A DNA stretch of 64,000 nt from the NCBI GenBank assembly GCA_907165135.1, contig OU015568.1, positions 4,464,001 through 4,528,000 on the forward strand, given 5' to 3'. The notes beneath the pieces were generated by a model. That model saw nothing but the letters and a program-made list of their open reading frames with translations. It was not told the origin of the DNA and searched no databases. Shown in pieces: positions 33,612-45,246 of the stretch. Position 1 is the first letter of the stretch. The number at the start of each line of letters is the position of its first letter. Origin of the DNA: Oikopleura dioica. Its lineage: Eukaryota > Animalia > Chordata. A program made the translations under genes and the position numbers.

Positions 33612-33863
33612 TTGAAGATCATATAGGTCGTGCTTGATCACAATTCCCGGCTCAAGATGCCTCCAGTTTATGTTTACTCAAGGAGCCACACCGAGACTTG
33701 CTCCAACTTGGGCCCAGGAGCAGTCTCTGCAGGAGTGCACACCGGCGGCGTGGTCCCTTGCATCTCCTTCACTCGCCTCGACACCTCCTGCACGTTCTCA
33801 CTCAGCGGGAGTTGGGCCAACCGAATCCGTTGTCACCCAAAATTTGAATCAACTTGCGAATAA
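33612..33863 (+). pseudogene. Inverted paralog of the 32261-33350 fragment, with an in-frame TAG near its 5' end
   Basis: ttg aag atc ata TAG gtc gtg ctt gat cac...LKMPPVYVYSRSHTETCSNLGPGAVSAGVHTGGVVPCISFTRLDTSCTFSLSGSWANRIR; many differences from the other copy are synonymous third-position changes. Confidence 0.55.
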
Positions 33864-33883
33864 AAAGGCTCGACACAATTTTT

Positions 33884-34116
33884 GGAGTTATGAAGATTTG
33901 GAGTAACAAAACCTGGAGCAACCGAAATTTTCAAACCGATTTTTAAGGGTGTTGAGGGCCTCCCGGCCCTCTCAAACCCTGGCGAAAACCCGGCTTTGGG
34001 CCCGGGCTTTCTTTTGACCGAGTCAGATACCCTTAATTATGACATTAACACCCTTAAAAATCGGTTTGAAAATTTTGGTTGCTCCAGATTTTGTTACTCC
34101 AAATCTTCTTAACTCC
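33884..34116. mobile_element. Palindromic MITE with about 70 bp arms
   Basis: ggagttatgaagatttggagtaacaaaacctggagcaaccgaaattttcaaaccgatttttaagggtgtt / aacacccttaaaaatcggtttgaaaattttggttgctccagattttgttactccaaatcttcttaactcc. Confidence 0.85.
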
Positions 34117-35091
34117 TGAAATTGACTTTTGCCAATAAAAAGGGCTGAGAAAATTAACCAGCGAGAATTTAAAAAATTGGGAAGAAAAAACAGTCAAAAA
34201 AACGTCCAAGAACTTAACTTGATTCCCTAAATCTCATTTTATCAAACGATTTGAGGCAGGGGCTCGAAAAATCGTTGTGCGCCCGTTGTTTTAGCGCCCC
34301 CACTCACGCCGGACATCGCTTCGCCCGTTGTTCAATTTCGAAAACAACGCGGGCTCGTTGTCCAAAATAAGGCTTGCGCTAGAGGGGAATCAGGTCAAGC
34401 GACGCCCGCGCTGCGCAATCCGAACCACTACACAGTTCGTTCCGATTGAAGATCCAAAGTGAAAAACGAAGAAGCCACTATTCAAAAAAGTCGAATAAGA
34501 CTAAAATAACTTTACTAGTCCATTTGAGAGTAAGATGGGATTAGTAAAGTTATGTATTTTTGTGAAAATAGGAATATATATTATTAAAAAGAAAAGAAGA
34601 TTAATATTTTGGTATGGCTCTAATCTTGTCCGCCAGATCTTTGAGCTTGTCTTCATCTTGACCTAGTCGAATTAGAATATGCTTGGGGTTGCGCCAGTGG
34701 GAAAACGGACTTTTTGCACTTGACCTGAAGGGATGAAATTTTGTGGACATATATCTGAGGTCCTAATCAAGAAAAAATCAAAAAACCTCGAAAAATTAAG
34801 GGTATAGGGGTCGAAAAATCGATTTTTTTATTTTTGCAAAATTAAGCCTGAGAAAACCTAGACTATCATTTTGAAAGCTCAAAAATGATTTTTTCGAGTC
34901 GAAAAAGTCAGAGCAAATTAATGAATCCGCAAATAAAGAAATTTTAATTTTAAAAAATTAAGATAAAAACCATAATTAAGCGGAAAACACGAATAATTTG
35001 TATTTTTATCCCGAATGGGTGTGGGTGGGGTTGGAGACATAACTGAGATTGATCACCTCAGAGTCCAACGCCGATCTCAAGCCCCTTAAAT

Positions 35092-35180
35092 TTAATAATC
35101 AAGGAACGGGGCTGAGACGGCCCGAAGGGCCGTCAAGCCCTTAAATTTAATAATCAAGGAACGGGGCTGAGACGGCCCCC
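35092..35180 (+). repeat. Tandem direct duplication (~55 bp unit) inside the hAT element
   Basis: cccttaaatttaataatcaaggaacggggctgagacggccc occurs twice. Confidence 0.85.
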
Positions 35181-35486
35181 TTTTGCACCTTTTTGTTATT
35201 TTTATCTTTAATTTTTTAAAATCGGCGATTTTGACGCAAAAACGAAAATTTTCAAACGGGCCGCATTTTCGTTGCCGGGCGTTGCCGGACGAGATTCGAG
35301 TGGTTCCATGGAAAGCATCGTCTGAGCTTTCTTTTCGTGGTGTCAGTTTGGTTGGCCAAGGTTGTCCACGTGAGAAAATGGGCAAAACGTGCGAAAAACT
35401 TGCTATTTTTTGAATAAAATCGCCATTTTCCGTCCAAAAGCCAAAATTTTTAATTTTAACTATTTTTATGGAATCTCCACCAATTT

Positions 35487-36706
35487 TTACACATGGTCAC
35501 GTGGTTTCAGCATTTTTGAAAACAGACCATTTTCGGCCAAAATCCCACCAGCGCAACCCCAAATATGCTCCTTCCACTGGTCCATATCACACATGGAACA
35601 TGTATCTTGTCTGATACTTTCAGTGCATACAGCACACGCCTTCGAAACATAGCCGCAGCCCCCACAGAATGTACTTGTTTTCGAGCATCGGCTTGTATTG
35701 AAAAAGCTAGAAATTGAGATTTCGGAATGATACCGATATAAGTCCATATTCTGCAAGGATATCGCGAAGATGAGTGCGCATCCCTTTATCTGAGCAGTCG
35801 AGCACTCGTCGAAAAGAGATGAACCATCGAAGGCATTTTGTTCCTTCTGTGCCGAACGTGCAGAGGAGGATGCCGCAGTACTTCGCGCTTTGATGATCGT
35901 AGTTATCCAGGCAGATGGCCACTCGGCCTTCGTTTGCAAGTTGGAGTGCTCGTTTCTTGATTCGATCCGTGATTTCGCCTTCAAGAATACTGAAAAGAGA
36001 TTTTATAACTCCCTTGTTTTTGATTTCTCATCGCTTATTTTTTGAGTCTTATTCCAAGTTCAAACTTACCGAATATGTTTTTCGATGATGTGCCGCGAGA
36101 CGCCGTTCTTGTACTTCTCGTCGAGAATTTCCAAGACTTTTTCATCAACGGATGGTCAAAGACGTCGAGAGGAAGGCCGATTCCAACGACAGCTTCTGCA
36201 ACAGCCGAGTAGAGTGCTTTGGTCTTGTTGAAGTGTCGTGTATTCTCATGTCGAGTCACCGCACCCGCGTCCAATTTTCTGTTTTTCGATTTCGCTCCAA
36301 CTGCCCGGTAGAGAGCTTTGTTAAGATCGTTCCGGCAATACTCGTGATCGCAGTAGACAAAGAAGGTTGGTCGTGTTTCTCCGGCTTCTCTGTAGGAAAG
36401 TGCAAAAATATCATAATCTAAGTCTTTCCTATGGCTTGATTTCTCCTTGATGACGGTATCGCGTAATGTTTCATCTTCGAGAAGTTCCTTGAGCTTTACT
36501 TTGACGTCTTCTTCCTTTTTTCCGGGAGTTTTCTGGGGAGTCAATGGAATATCTAGAACGACTGGCACGATCGGGACTGCCTCATCTCTCTTTCGTTTTA
36601 GCACTGGCCTTTTTGGCGTTCTCAGAATAACTGGCTTACTTGGCGTTCTCAAGGTGCTTGGAGCTGGAGCCATTTTTACTTTTTTCAATTTAATGACAAG
36701 TGACAT
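35487..36706 (-). pseudogene. hAT transposase remnant: BED-type Zn finger, DNA-binding region and start of the RNase H-like domain
   Basis: YCDHEYC...VTRHENTRH (C2H2); AVAEAVVGIGLPLDVFDHPLMKK; frameshift at an A5 run (36138-36142) into KVLEILDEKYKNGVSRHIIEKHIR; GT-AG intron 35990-36069; then AICLDNYDHQSAKYCGILLC (first catalytic Asp context). The frame is lost after about 35720. Confidence 0.8.
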
Positions 36707-38396
36707 TTGCTTTTATATCAGATTTATGTGAAAAGAGGGAGCTACGTGAGCATCCTTCGCCCTGCTGGAGACCAGATATCGCTGATAACCATCATCATGA
36801 TTAGCTTCCTGATTAGTTATCAGTGTCGATCTTCACTCCACTAGTTCAAAGCTTCAGCTGCACGTAATTTCAATCCTTTGAAGTTAATTTCTTTTTAAAA
36901 GAAAAAGGTTTTTACGAATGATTTTTTTTAATTTGTTAAGATTCTTTTAAGGCAATAAATAGCTAGTATTTATTAATATTATGATTTTAAAATATTATTT
37001 ACAATATTTAATATAGTATTTTTATCATAAAAGCTCGGACATTGAAGTTCAGATTCTAAAGAAATAAGCGCGGCACTCGCGGAGGGCGGCAAAATACATC
37101 GAGCCTCATTCACCGAACAACGGGTCGCTCGTTGTTTCATCGCGTTGTGGTTGTGGGCAACGCGCCTCGGATGATGGCGCTACAACGGGCCTGCGGGTGT
37201 TTTTTCGCGCCAACAACGAAAGCGCGGGGGTTGAAAATGAGTGGGGGCGCTCAAACAACGGGCGCGCAACGATTTTTTCGAGACCCTGATTTGAGGTTAA
37301 ACAGATTAGGAAAAATTTGTTGACTCCAAAAATTAAGGTTTCATATCCAGACTATGTGTAAATACGATCACCCCGGAAAGAATTCTCGTCGATGTTTCTC
37401 TGTAAGTTGGAATTCTCAACTTGGAATAAAAATTGTGTGGAGAGAATTCGATGCGCCCTCCTAGCTTTCCTTTTCTTATTTGATTATCAGTAAAAGCAAA
37501 ACGCTTTATTGACAGAATGCTTTATCTTAGTCGGCTTTCAAATTTAATGGGTAGTTTTTCGTTCTTAAAGTCTTCTATTGCCAGCTTTCGGTAGTTTTCA
37601 AAGTAAGTTTTTCTTAATCCCTTGACAACAATCGGGATTTTTTCAACAAAAATTCCGGAAAAACCCGCTTTGATCGAGAAATTCTGATTGGTTTTGTGAC
37701 TAGAAGAGGGTTTGAAAAATACAGCGGCGAAAGCTAGAATTTTCGCTTTTTATTCTCTGCTATATTTGGTAATGAAGAACTTTTTATCTCTTTCTTCTCT
37801 GAGCTAAAATACATCGTCAAGCATGCTAGTTACATCTCTTATTTTGCAGGTCAATAATTGTTCGGGCATTGATAAGTTTACGCGAAAACTTTCCCTTTTT
37901 AACGGTGTTATTTCGCTGATGTGACGCTTTCTTCACAATTAGTAATACAATTGATTTACGTTTTTTCCGAATCAAAGTCCTGAATAATTCACGCATTGTT
38001 TCTTTGTCGGTATCTTTCAAAGTAAGTTTTTCTAAGTCCCTTTCACTAAATCCCCTCGAGTGTTTCTTTGATATCAAGGATGAGAGCGAGGCTTAAAGTT
38101 TTTAACATTTATTGTTAATAAAGTTTTTTGTTGATTTGAGATATTGTATTTGTTGAAGTTGGGAATAATTGAACTGAGTTTTCGCCAACTTCGAAATGAC
38201 AGTAAAAGTTGCAGTAAGTTTTGAAGTTGAAGGGCAATTCCGGGTAAAGATTGTCTTAGACTAATATTATCGATATGCTGAAAACAGCATATTGAAGGAA
38301 ATTTTAAAGTTTCAATGAAATTTTACAGCTCAAATGTACAGGAAAAAATATTTTTCAATTTTGATCGTTTCTCATAATTTAGATTTTTATCGTTTT

Positions 38397-41300
38397 TTAC
38401 ATCGATCCATAAGTTGATGCTTCGAAATTTCTTTTCACAGATTCTGGCAATTTTTCCAGGTCAATATCTTGTTCTGTATCGTCGTCGTCGCTGAGATCGG
38501 ACATGTTTGAAATCATCGAATTTCGACCTTCGTATTCGAATTGGAGAAGCGTGTTGGGAACTTGTTCCTCGTTGTCGGCCTGTTGCTTAGCGTCGCGGAT
38601 GATGTTGCCCAAGTTGTCAGTTGGTTCTTCGACGATTCGAGGGAGAGGGGCTTTCTGCTCGCATCCTGGATCGTCTGGGGAGAGGAGACGGTCGTGATCG
38701 TTGAGGGCTTCTTCGTCTTGGAGACCTTCTTAAAGTGTGAGTTACTCTGATCTGGATTCCAGATTGATGAGTTACGATTTTTTGCGGTAAAGCGAGTGAA
38801 TCATTTCAAAAAATCGCGGGCGAGAAATTTGAAGATTCTTACCTTCAAGCTTTCCTTCTGGCTTTCTTCGGACAAAGAGGGCAAGGACGACGATGATAGT
38901 GACAATGATGACGATGACAACAATAATCCACCAGGGGAAACCGTTGGCGACATTGGTGCCGGCGAAATTGTTGTGACATGCTCCTTGGAATTCGCCGTCT
39001 TCGTTACAGCTGCAGATCAAAAATGGAAGACTAATGGATTCGACTCCCATTGTAGTTTGAACCTTGAAAAGAAAATGTAAGTCCATTGATGATTGAAAAT
39101 AAATATTACCGAAAGCTGGATGAACTCGAGTCCAGTGAGCAATTCCGTGGTCGAATCTTGGCTTCCACTGTATTCAAGGAAGAAATGACCCTTTTTAGAC
39201 TCCTGGATTCTCAATCCTTCGACATTTGTGACTTCAATGGAGACGATATCATCGCCGGAATCGGGCTGGATAGCGTAGAAAAGTCGGTTGAGGCCGAGGA
39301 CGTTGGTATTGTCGCAAAGACTAGCAGTGTTAGGTTCCCAGAGAATGGTTTCATCGGCGATGTCTTCGATTTCGACGGTGACTTTTTGAACTGTTCTTGC
39401 TACAAAAAGGAGTAAAAGAATGAAAAAATGAGCGGATCAAACCTGGAGGAAGCCCGTCATCTTCCAAAGTGACTTCAAAGCTGTGTCCGAGAATGGGTCC
39501 AAAGTGCTCCAAATCATCGGTGTTTTTTACATCGTATTCTCGGTCAAGAATTCCGGTCGCATAAACTTCACAGGTAGTTTCATCAATGCTGAAGATACCA
39601 GCAGGGTCGTTGAGAGAGCAGGTGACGGATTGAGTTCCCGTGTCTCCGTCAGTAGCGATCACCAGGCCGATCTTGAATAGGCGTTAGGAAGAAAAGAGAT
39701 CGGTTTTAATTACCAGAAGATTGTCGATGTTCTCTCCTTCTTTAGGCACAATCGTTTGGTCGAAGTCAACGAAAGCTGGAGGATCATTGGCATCTTCAAC
39801 ATCGACGATGACCGTAATTGAGTTGGTATTCGAATCAGGATCGGCAGCATTTGGGTTGAAAGCAGTGACGGAAAGGACGTATCTGGGTCTAGTTTCGTAG
39901 TCCAGTTTGTCTAAAAAGAAATGAGATACAGTTAGATTTTCAACTTTCTTACTGTTGACAACGAGGTTATTTCCATCAAAAGCAAAGTCCGAATTGTCAA
40001 CTCGAAAGGCGACGTGGTTGTTTTCCTCGTCAATGTCAGCATCCGTCGCACTCAGGCTCAAAACAACTGTTCCGATGTCGGCTCCTTCAGAAATTTTGCG
40101 AGGTACACCGTCGAAATCGATAACTGGTGCTTGGTCGTTGATGTCTGTGATTCTGATGACTTTTTGAGGGTTTCAAATCTAATCGAAATGTAAATTAAGG
40201 AAAAAAGACTCTTTAACAATCTTTTTTTCTTCAAAATTTGATAAAAAATGAATTGAAATCCTTTCCTAATTCTTCCTGAGTCCTTCCATGAACGTCATTA
40301 TCAATATCATCTTCAGCAACCACTTGAAGGACGATTCTAGAGCTCTTCTCAGCATCCAGGAGGTCATCAAAACCACCGAGGTATTTGACTGTACCATACT
40401 TGTCGACAGAAAAAGCACGTCCAAAGGTGGAACCCTGGTTGAGGTCCCGAGATTTGAATTCGGCAATATCAGCTGCAAGGGAATAGACAATTTTAGCAAA
40501 TTTTCCGGTATCAGCGTCCGATGCTTCGAGCTAAAAATGAACCTTGAAAACAAGGAGGACAAAACAAACCGAGCAAGTTCGGCGCCGCGCCGCGTTACGA
40601 CCCAGTGAATAGTGAAATCGTAAAAACAACTCCGAGTGCCAGCGAAGAATGAGTCTATTTTACGGCGCGGCACTCACCCAGAAAAAAAACCAACAATCGT
40701 CTTGTTAATAAGATGGGTGGTCTTTCTTGATTTTCGGAAATAACAGCTCATAATGAGCACCTTCTTAATCTTTTAAGTAATCATTAGGGTTCAAAATGGC
40801 TCAAAAATATGGCATTTCTGTAACAAACTTTGGCTCCGGATTTTACCCCTTTTTTATAAAACTGGCCTATAGAAATGAATCTGCGGCCGTATCCACTCGC
40901 TCGAAACGAAATCAAAGGAGGCCCATTTTAGTATTCCTTTCGCGTTTTTTCACCAAGGCGGTGCGATCAGAAACTGGACCTAATCACCCTCGATCAAGCC
41001 TTCGACTCTCAATCATCATAAAAGCAGTTATTTTTATAATTGGACAATTTTAAAATTTCAAATGTCCGTCTCCGAAAATCTATGACGAAAGAAACTTTTA
41101 TCTTGTCAAAAAGTACTTTTTTTTTAAATTTGATAATCCGAATTTTCAGATCGCACCTCCACGCGACCGCCTGCCGAAGAAAAAAAAATGTGTCAATCCG
41201 GGCATGTTTATTTCGGATCCGAAAGCGGTTCTGAAAATCCCGGGTCAGGGTTGAAATTTCTCATGCTTTTTCGGCATCAAATAAACAAATTGTAATCCCT

Positions 41301-42353
41301 GATGAGTCCAAAGCATAATTTTTACGGCGCATTTTTCAAATTGTATATCGCAGTTGATAAAAAAAGTCCCATTCATAGGCAACTCTGGAGAGGAGGTCGC
41401 ATTTCGCCGGCTACTCAAAGCTTCCTGACCTCTATTCAACAAGAAGCCTAGCCAATTGTTCTAGTCTTTGTTTTGTTAACAGGTGCCTCTTTCGAAAATT
41501 GACGCGTTCTATTCAAACTTTTCGACTGTACCCCCTCCTTTGTCCGTTTCAAAATTCTTATTCACTGAGGATGAACGAATGATGACTGTACCTTTCCGAC
41601 GATTGTATCAGCTTTGGCGTTCTCAGCAATCGTCATCGTCAGCGTTTTCTTGTCAAAGACCGGCTTGTTATCGTTGACATCAGAAACCCCGACAGCAATG
41701 CTCTCATCAGTTACAATCTTCCCATCCGCAGTTTCGGATGTAATATGCACTTCGATTTGGTCACCGGTGATTTCTCGATCAAGTTCTTCTGTGACGCGTA
41801 GTTTTATTGAAGGCCCGGAGCCTTCGATTGAGAAGAAATTTGTGTCGGGGAAGGCGGGGACGTCATAGCTCCAAGAATCGACGGCGGAATTCGTGTCGAC
41901 CAATTCGATGAAGTTGACGTCGTTGACATTGTACTCGGTGACAGTATAACCTGAAAATGAACATTTATCAAATGAAATTTTCAATCAGAAAAAAAAACGC
42001 GGAAAAACGCGAAAATATTAATTAAAATTTTGAAGTCGGATTTTTTTGAAGAATCAAATCTGTGGGATGAAACCTGTCGGAAGTAAAAAGTAAGATAAAA
42101 AGCCGTGGCAAAGCGAGGACTCCGCTAAAGAGTTGAAATCCTGTCTAATTAACGGGCTTAAATTTCGAGTGCATCGATGCTCCTCTTTCTCTTACTCACA
42201 CTCTCTCACGGATCCCCTGCCTTTATCTTAAGGGCATTTCTTTCAAAAATCTGCAGAAAATTTTCTCAAAAGGGAAATATTTAACTTACGGTTCTTTTTA
42301 TCCTTGATAGCTCCATACGCCAAATACGGCAAGGCGTACTGTAATATCTTCAT
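38397..42353 (-). CDS. Classical-type cadherin (5 EC repeats, TM, catenin-binding cytoplasmic domain)
   Basis: Signal exon MKILQYALPYLAYGA (42290-42353); cadherin motifs LDRE, DVNDNKP, SDAD, TDINDQAP, LDYE, EDANDPP, ATDGD; TM WWIIVVIVIIVTIIVVLALFV; tail IIRDAKQQADNEEQVPNTLLQFEYEGRNS..SDL. Introns include 40531-41591 (GT-AG) and 40160-40265 (GA-AG). Confidence 0.92.
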
Positions 42354-44766
42354 GCTTCTGTAGCTCTTGTCTCTTGAATCTCCTGTTTCTCTTTTTCAAA
42401 AATCGTAATCGTAATCGAGCTGCCGCTTCAATTTCTTGATCAAGTGAGTTGCGATCTGCTCCGGCGGTTCTGGTTTTAGTAGCTTTTTGTCGTCTTCTTT
42501 CTGAATCACGGTCTCTTTCTCAATTTTTACGACTTCTTCTTCAATTATTTTTTTCCAAAAAAAGAGAGAGAAAAAGGCTCTTTTTTCGCGAGTAGATGGT
42601 AGTGCGCTACCGGGGGTAAGGTGCGCGGCACTTTTGCGCCACCAAGGATACCGAAGCGTACAATAAGGGCAGCTACGCGGCTCTATAATTGTTCCACCCG
42701 CCAATCACCGGACAGACGATTAATCATTTACTGAAGAATTTTGCCTTATATGGAAGGGCTCGTCAGACAATGACGAAGAAGAACTTTTAGATACACTGAT
42801 AATTGAGAATTTTTACGAATTTGTATCACTAGAAGATATTATGACAGATCAGCTTCGAATCTTTTTCGACTCAAAATAAAATTTTTAACTATTAAAAGAC
42901 CGCGTTTTCTGTTTCAAATAAAATTCAAGAACGGCCAAAATATCGAATAATATTCGAATTTTCGAATTTTTTTGGCAATATTTCCTTTTTTTTAATATCA
43001 GAAGCGAAAGGACGATGAAATTTATGATTTCTTCATTATTATCAGCAAGAGAAAAAATCTCCCTAACAGTATGACTACGACTAGAGATGTCCGTTTATTC
43101 AAGCAGAAAAAAACGCCTCTCAAAGGAGCCCTTTTGTGAGGAAATCTATTGAATTCAGATGAGACGGAACAAGCAAAATCCACGTCTTTGTCAATAGAAT
43201 GAACTTAGGGCAATGATAAATTTGCCCTCAGGCGAGTACTTTGATAATTTCTTCCAAATTAAGATTGATCAGATTCTGATTGAGCTATTGGTAAGTTCAG
43301 ATGTTCGGAAATGAACTCATATTTTTGACTCCTTTCTTTTTTGGGGTGGTCTTAAAATCAACCGCGTCTGTGAAGAAAAACAGGGGGAATTGAAGTTGCG
43401 TGAATTGATGAATGTTCCTCATAAAAAATTAACCCGAAACTTGGAACGAGTTCTAGAGCTGTTTGAATATTCATCTTACGGCTTCCTGTTGCCATAAATA
43501 TATTCTGACGACTTTTGTTAAAATTTAATCCCTGATGATCTTCTTCATATTTACCTTTTTCATTGTCGCCGTATTTGCGCCTCGGATTGACCTGTTTGGC
43601 ACCCCACCGAGAACAACCTCGCTCCCTCCTTCTTTTTTACGCTATTTAGGGGATGAAGAGTCGAGTATTTGCGCAAGTCATTGTTCCAAAATCCTCCATT
43701 TTCCACAAGTGGACTCCAGCTTTTTTTGTTGCTTGGAGAAGCTAGTCATCCTCTTACCTCGAGTGGAATCGACTTGATATCAATAATTTTGGAGAAGAGA
43801 GAGCGGAGGATTAGACGTGAAGGAGGGGAAAAGTCTGAAAGTGGCCAGGTGTCGAGGAATCATCATATTTCTTGGAAGGCAATTTTGATTGGTCCTGATC
43901 CCAAAATCATCACTTTTAGGACGATTAAAAATGAGTCTTTATGCTTATTCCTCGATATTATCAATCATACCAATTTCTTCTCAATAAGCTTTGACTGGCT
44001 ATGACTCATAGAAAAAAGCCTGAGACAGCTCAAGAATCTCCTATGAATCGCCAGCCTTGATTGAATAGGCCGCCGTATATACCGCATAGTGACGCGCCCT
44101 GATCGTAAAAAAAGAGAGTGATTTTTTATGGGAAAGAGTCGGATCCACATGAGCGCGCTAGCCACGTGGTTAGAAACGCCGACGGAAATTTCAAAAGGAA
44201 ACAGCCATCATACTTTCAACTGACAGCCACAACAGCCAAAAAGAGTGTAAGTGGACGTTTGGGGGCAAACTTGCCGGAAAACAGTAAAAAAATGATCATC
44301 CGGTTTTCCCAAGCGCCATTTTTTGGGAAGTGAGCTTCAAGTTCAAGAAAACCTGGAAGTCCATTTTACAAAATAAAATGCAGATTTTTTTTCTCCCTTC
44401 GAAAACTAATTCAAAGAAGGAAATTTTTAGACACTAACCGAAGAAAAAAGAGTACAAGTAATTCGTCCGTTTTCAACCTGATGCGCCCACCGCCAGCGGA
44501 CCGCTTTGATTTCGTTCTGACTCGCTGAAGATGATGAATCGACCAATTTATCAATCAAGAAAATATCGTTCTGGTTCCTATTTGAATTTCTCACGCGAAA
44601 ATTGCCCTGCCCCGGAAACTTTTATCGTCTGATGAAAATATATCGATGTCTTAAATTGTGGCTTTGTTTCCAGAAAAGGGTTGACAAATTTGCCTAAAAT
44701 AGTCACAATGGAAAAGTAAAGGCTTTTAGACATAAAACGGTCAGAAATAATTTTTTTTTCAGAACT

Positions 44767-45097
44767 TCAGAAAGCAGAAGATTGTTGCTGAATAGCGAGT
44801 TTTGCGAGTTCGTCGGAGATGTTCCATTCTAGCTCTCGCTCGAAAACGTCTTTGGGACTTGGTAGCACACTCATCAAGATACTAAGGTCGATATCGTTGT
44901 CGAACGATTGCCGCCGATTTCTGAAATTGCTGCGTTGAAATCAAGGAAGACTAACCCAAACCCTAACCCTGATGACTCATCAGTGATGAGCGTTTTCATT
45001 TGTATTACCTGACGGAATCTGGAAGTTGTCGAAGAAACTTGGGAGGATCTTTTCTCTTTTCCGTTTTTCTATCGGGTAGTGACGGAATCAGAGGCAT
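44767..45097 (-). CDS. Small two-exon orphan gene (80 aa) directly downstream of the arylsulfatase
   Basis: ATG 45095-45097; GT-AG intron 44921-45008 (phase 2); MPLIPSLPDRKTEKRKDPPKFLRQLPDSVRNRRQSFDNDIDLSILMSVLPSPKDVFERELEWNISDELAKLAIQQQSSAF*. Confidence 0.5.
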
Positions 45098-45246
45098 ATT
45101 CGGTGTCAATCAACTTTCTTTTCGACAAATTTTAGAATCGAGAGTCGCAAAAAGACCCGTGAATTCATAAATTTTGAAAATCGACGCGATGAATTTTTAA
45201 TTTCTGCGCGAGAAAAAAAAGGAAGCTGGATTCAAGACGGTTTGGT

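Larger units (their letters stand above)
34257..37288 (-). mobile_element. hAT-superfamily DNA transposon (3032 bp) with a degenerate transposase
   Basis: TIR caggggctcgaaaaatcgttgtgcgcccgttgtt / aacaacgggcgcgcaacgattttttcgagaccctg; perfect 8 bp TSD atttgagg (34249-34256, 37289-37296); subterminal CCGTTG/CAACG repeats at both ends. Confidence 0.93.

Noticed and set aside
37540-38077. Two short related segments (KGLRKTYFExYR on the minus strand)
   Set aside because: About 45 bp of similarity, short frames and no consistent gene model.
43535-44333. Several 66-111 aa ORFs with possible exon boundaries
   Set aside because: No domain signal, and I could not build a phase-consistent model.
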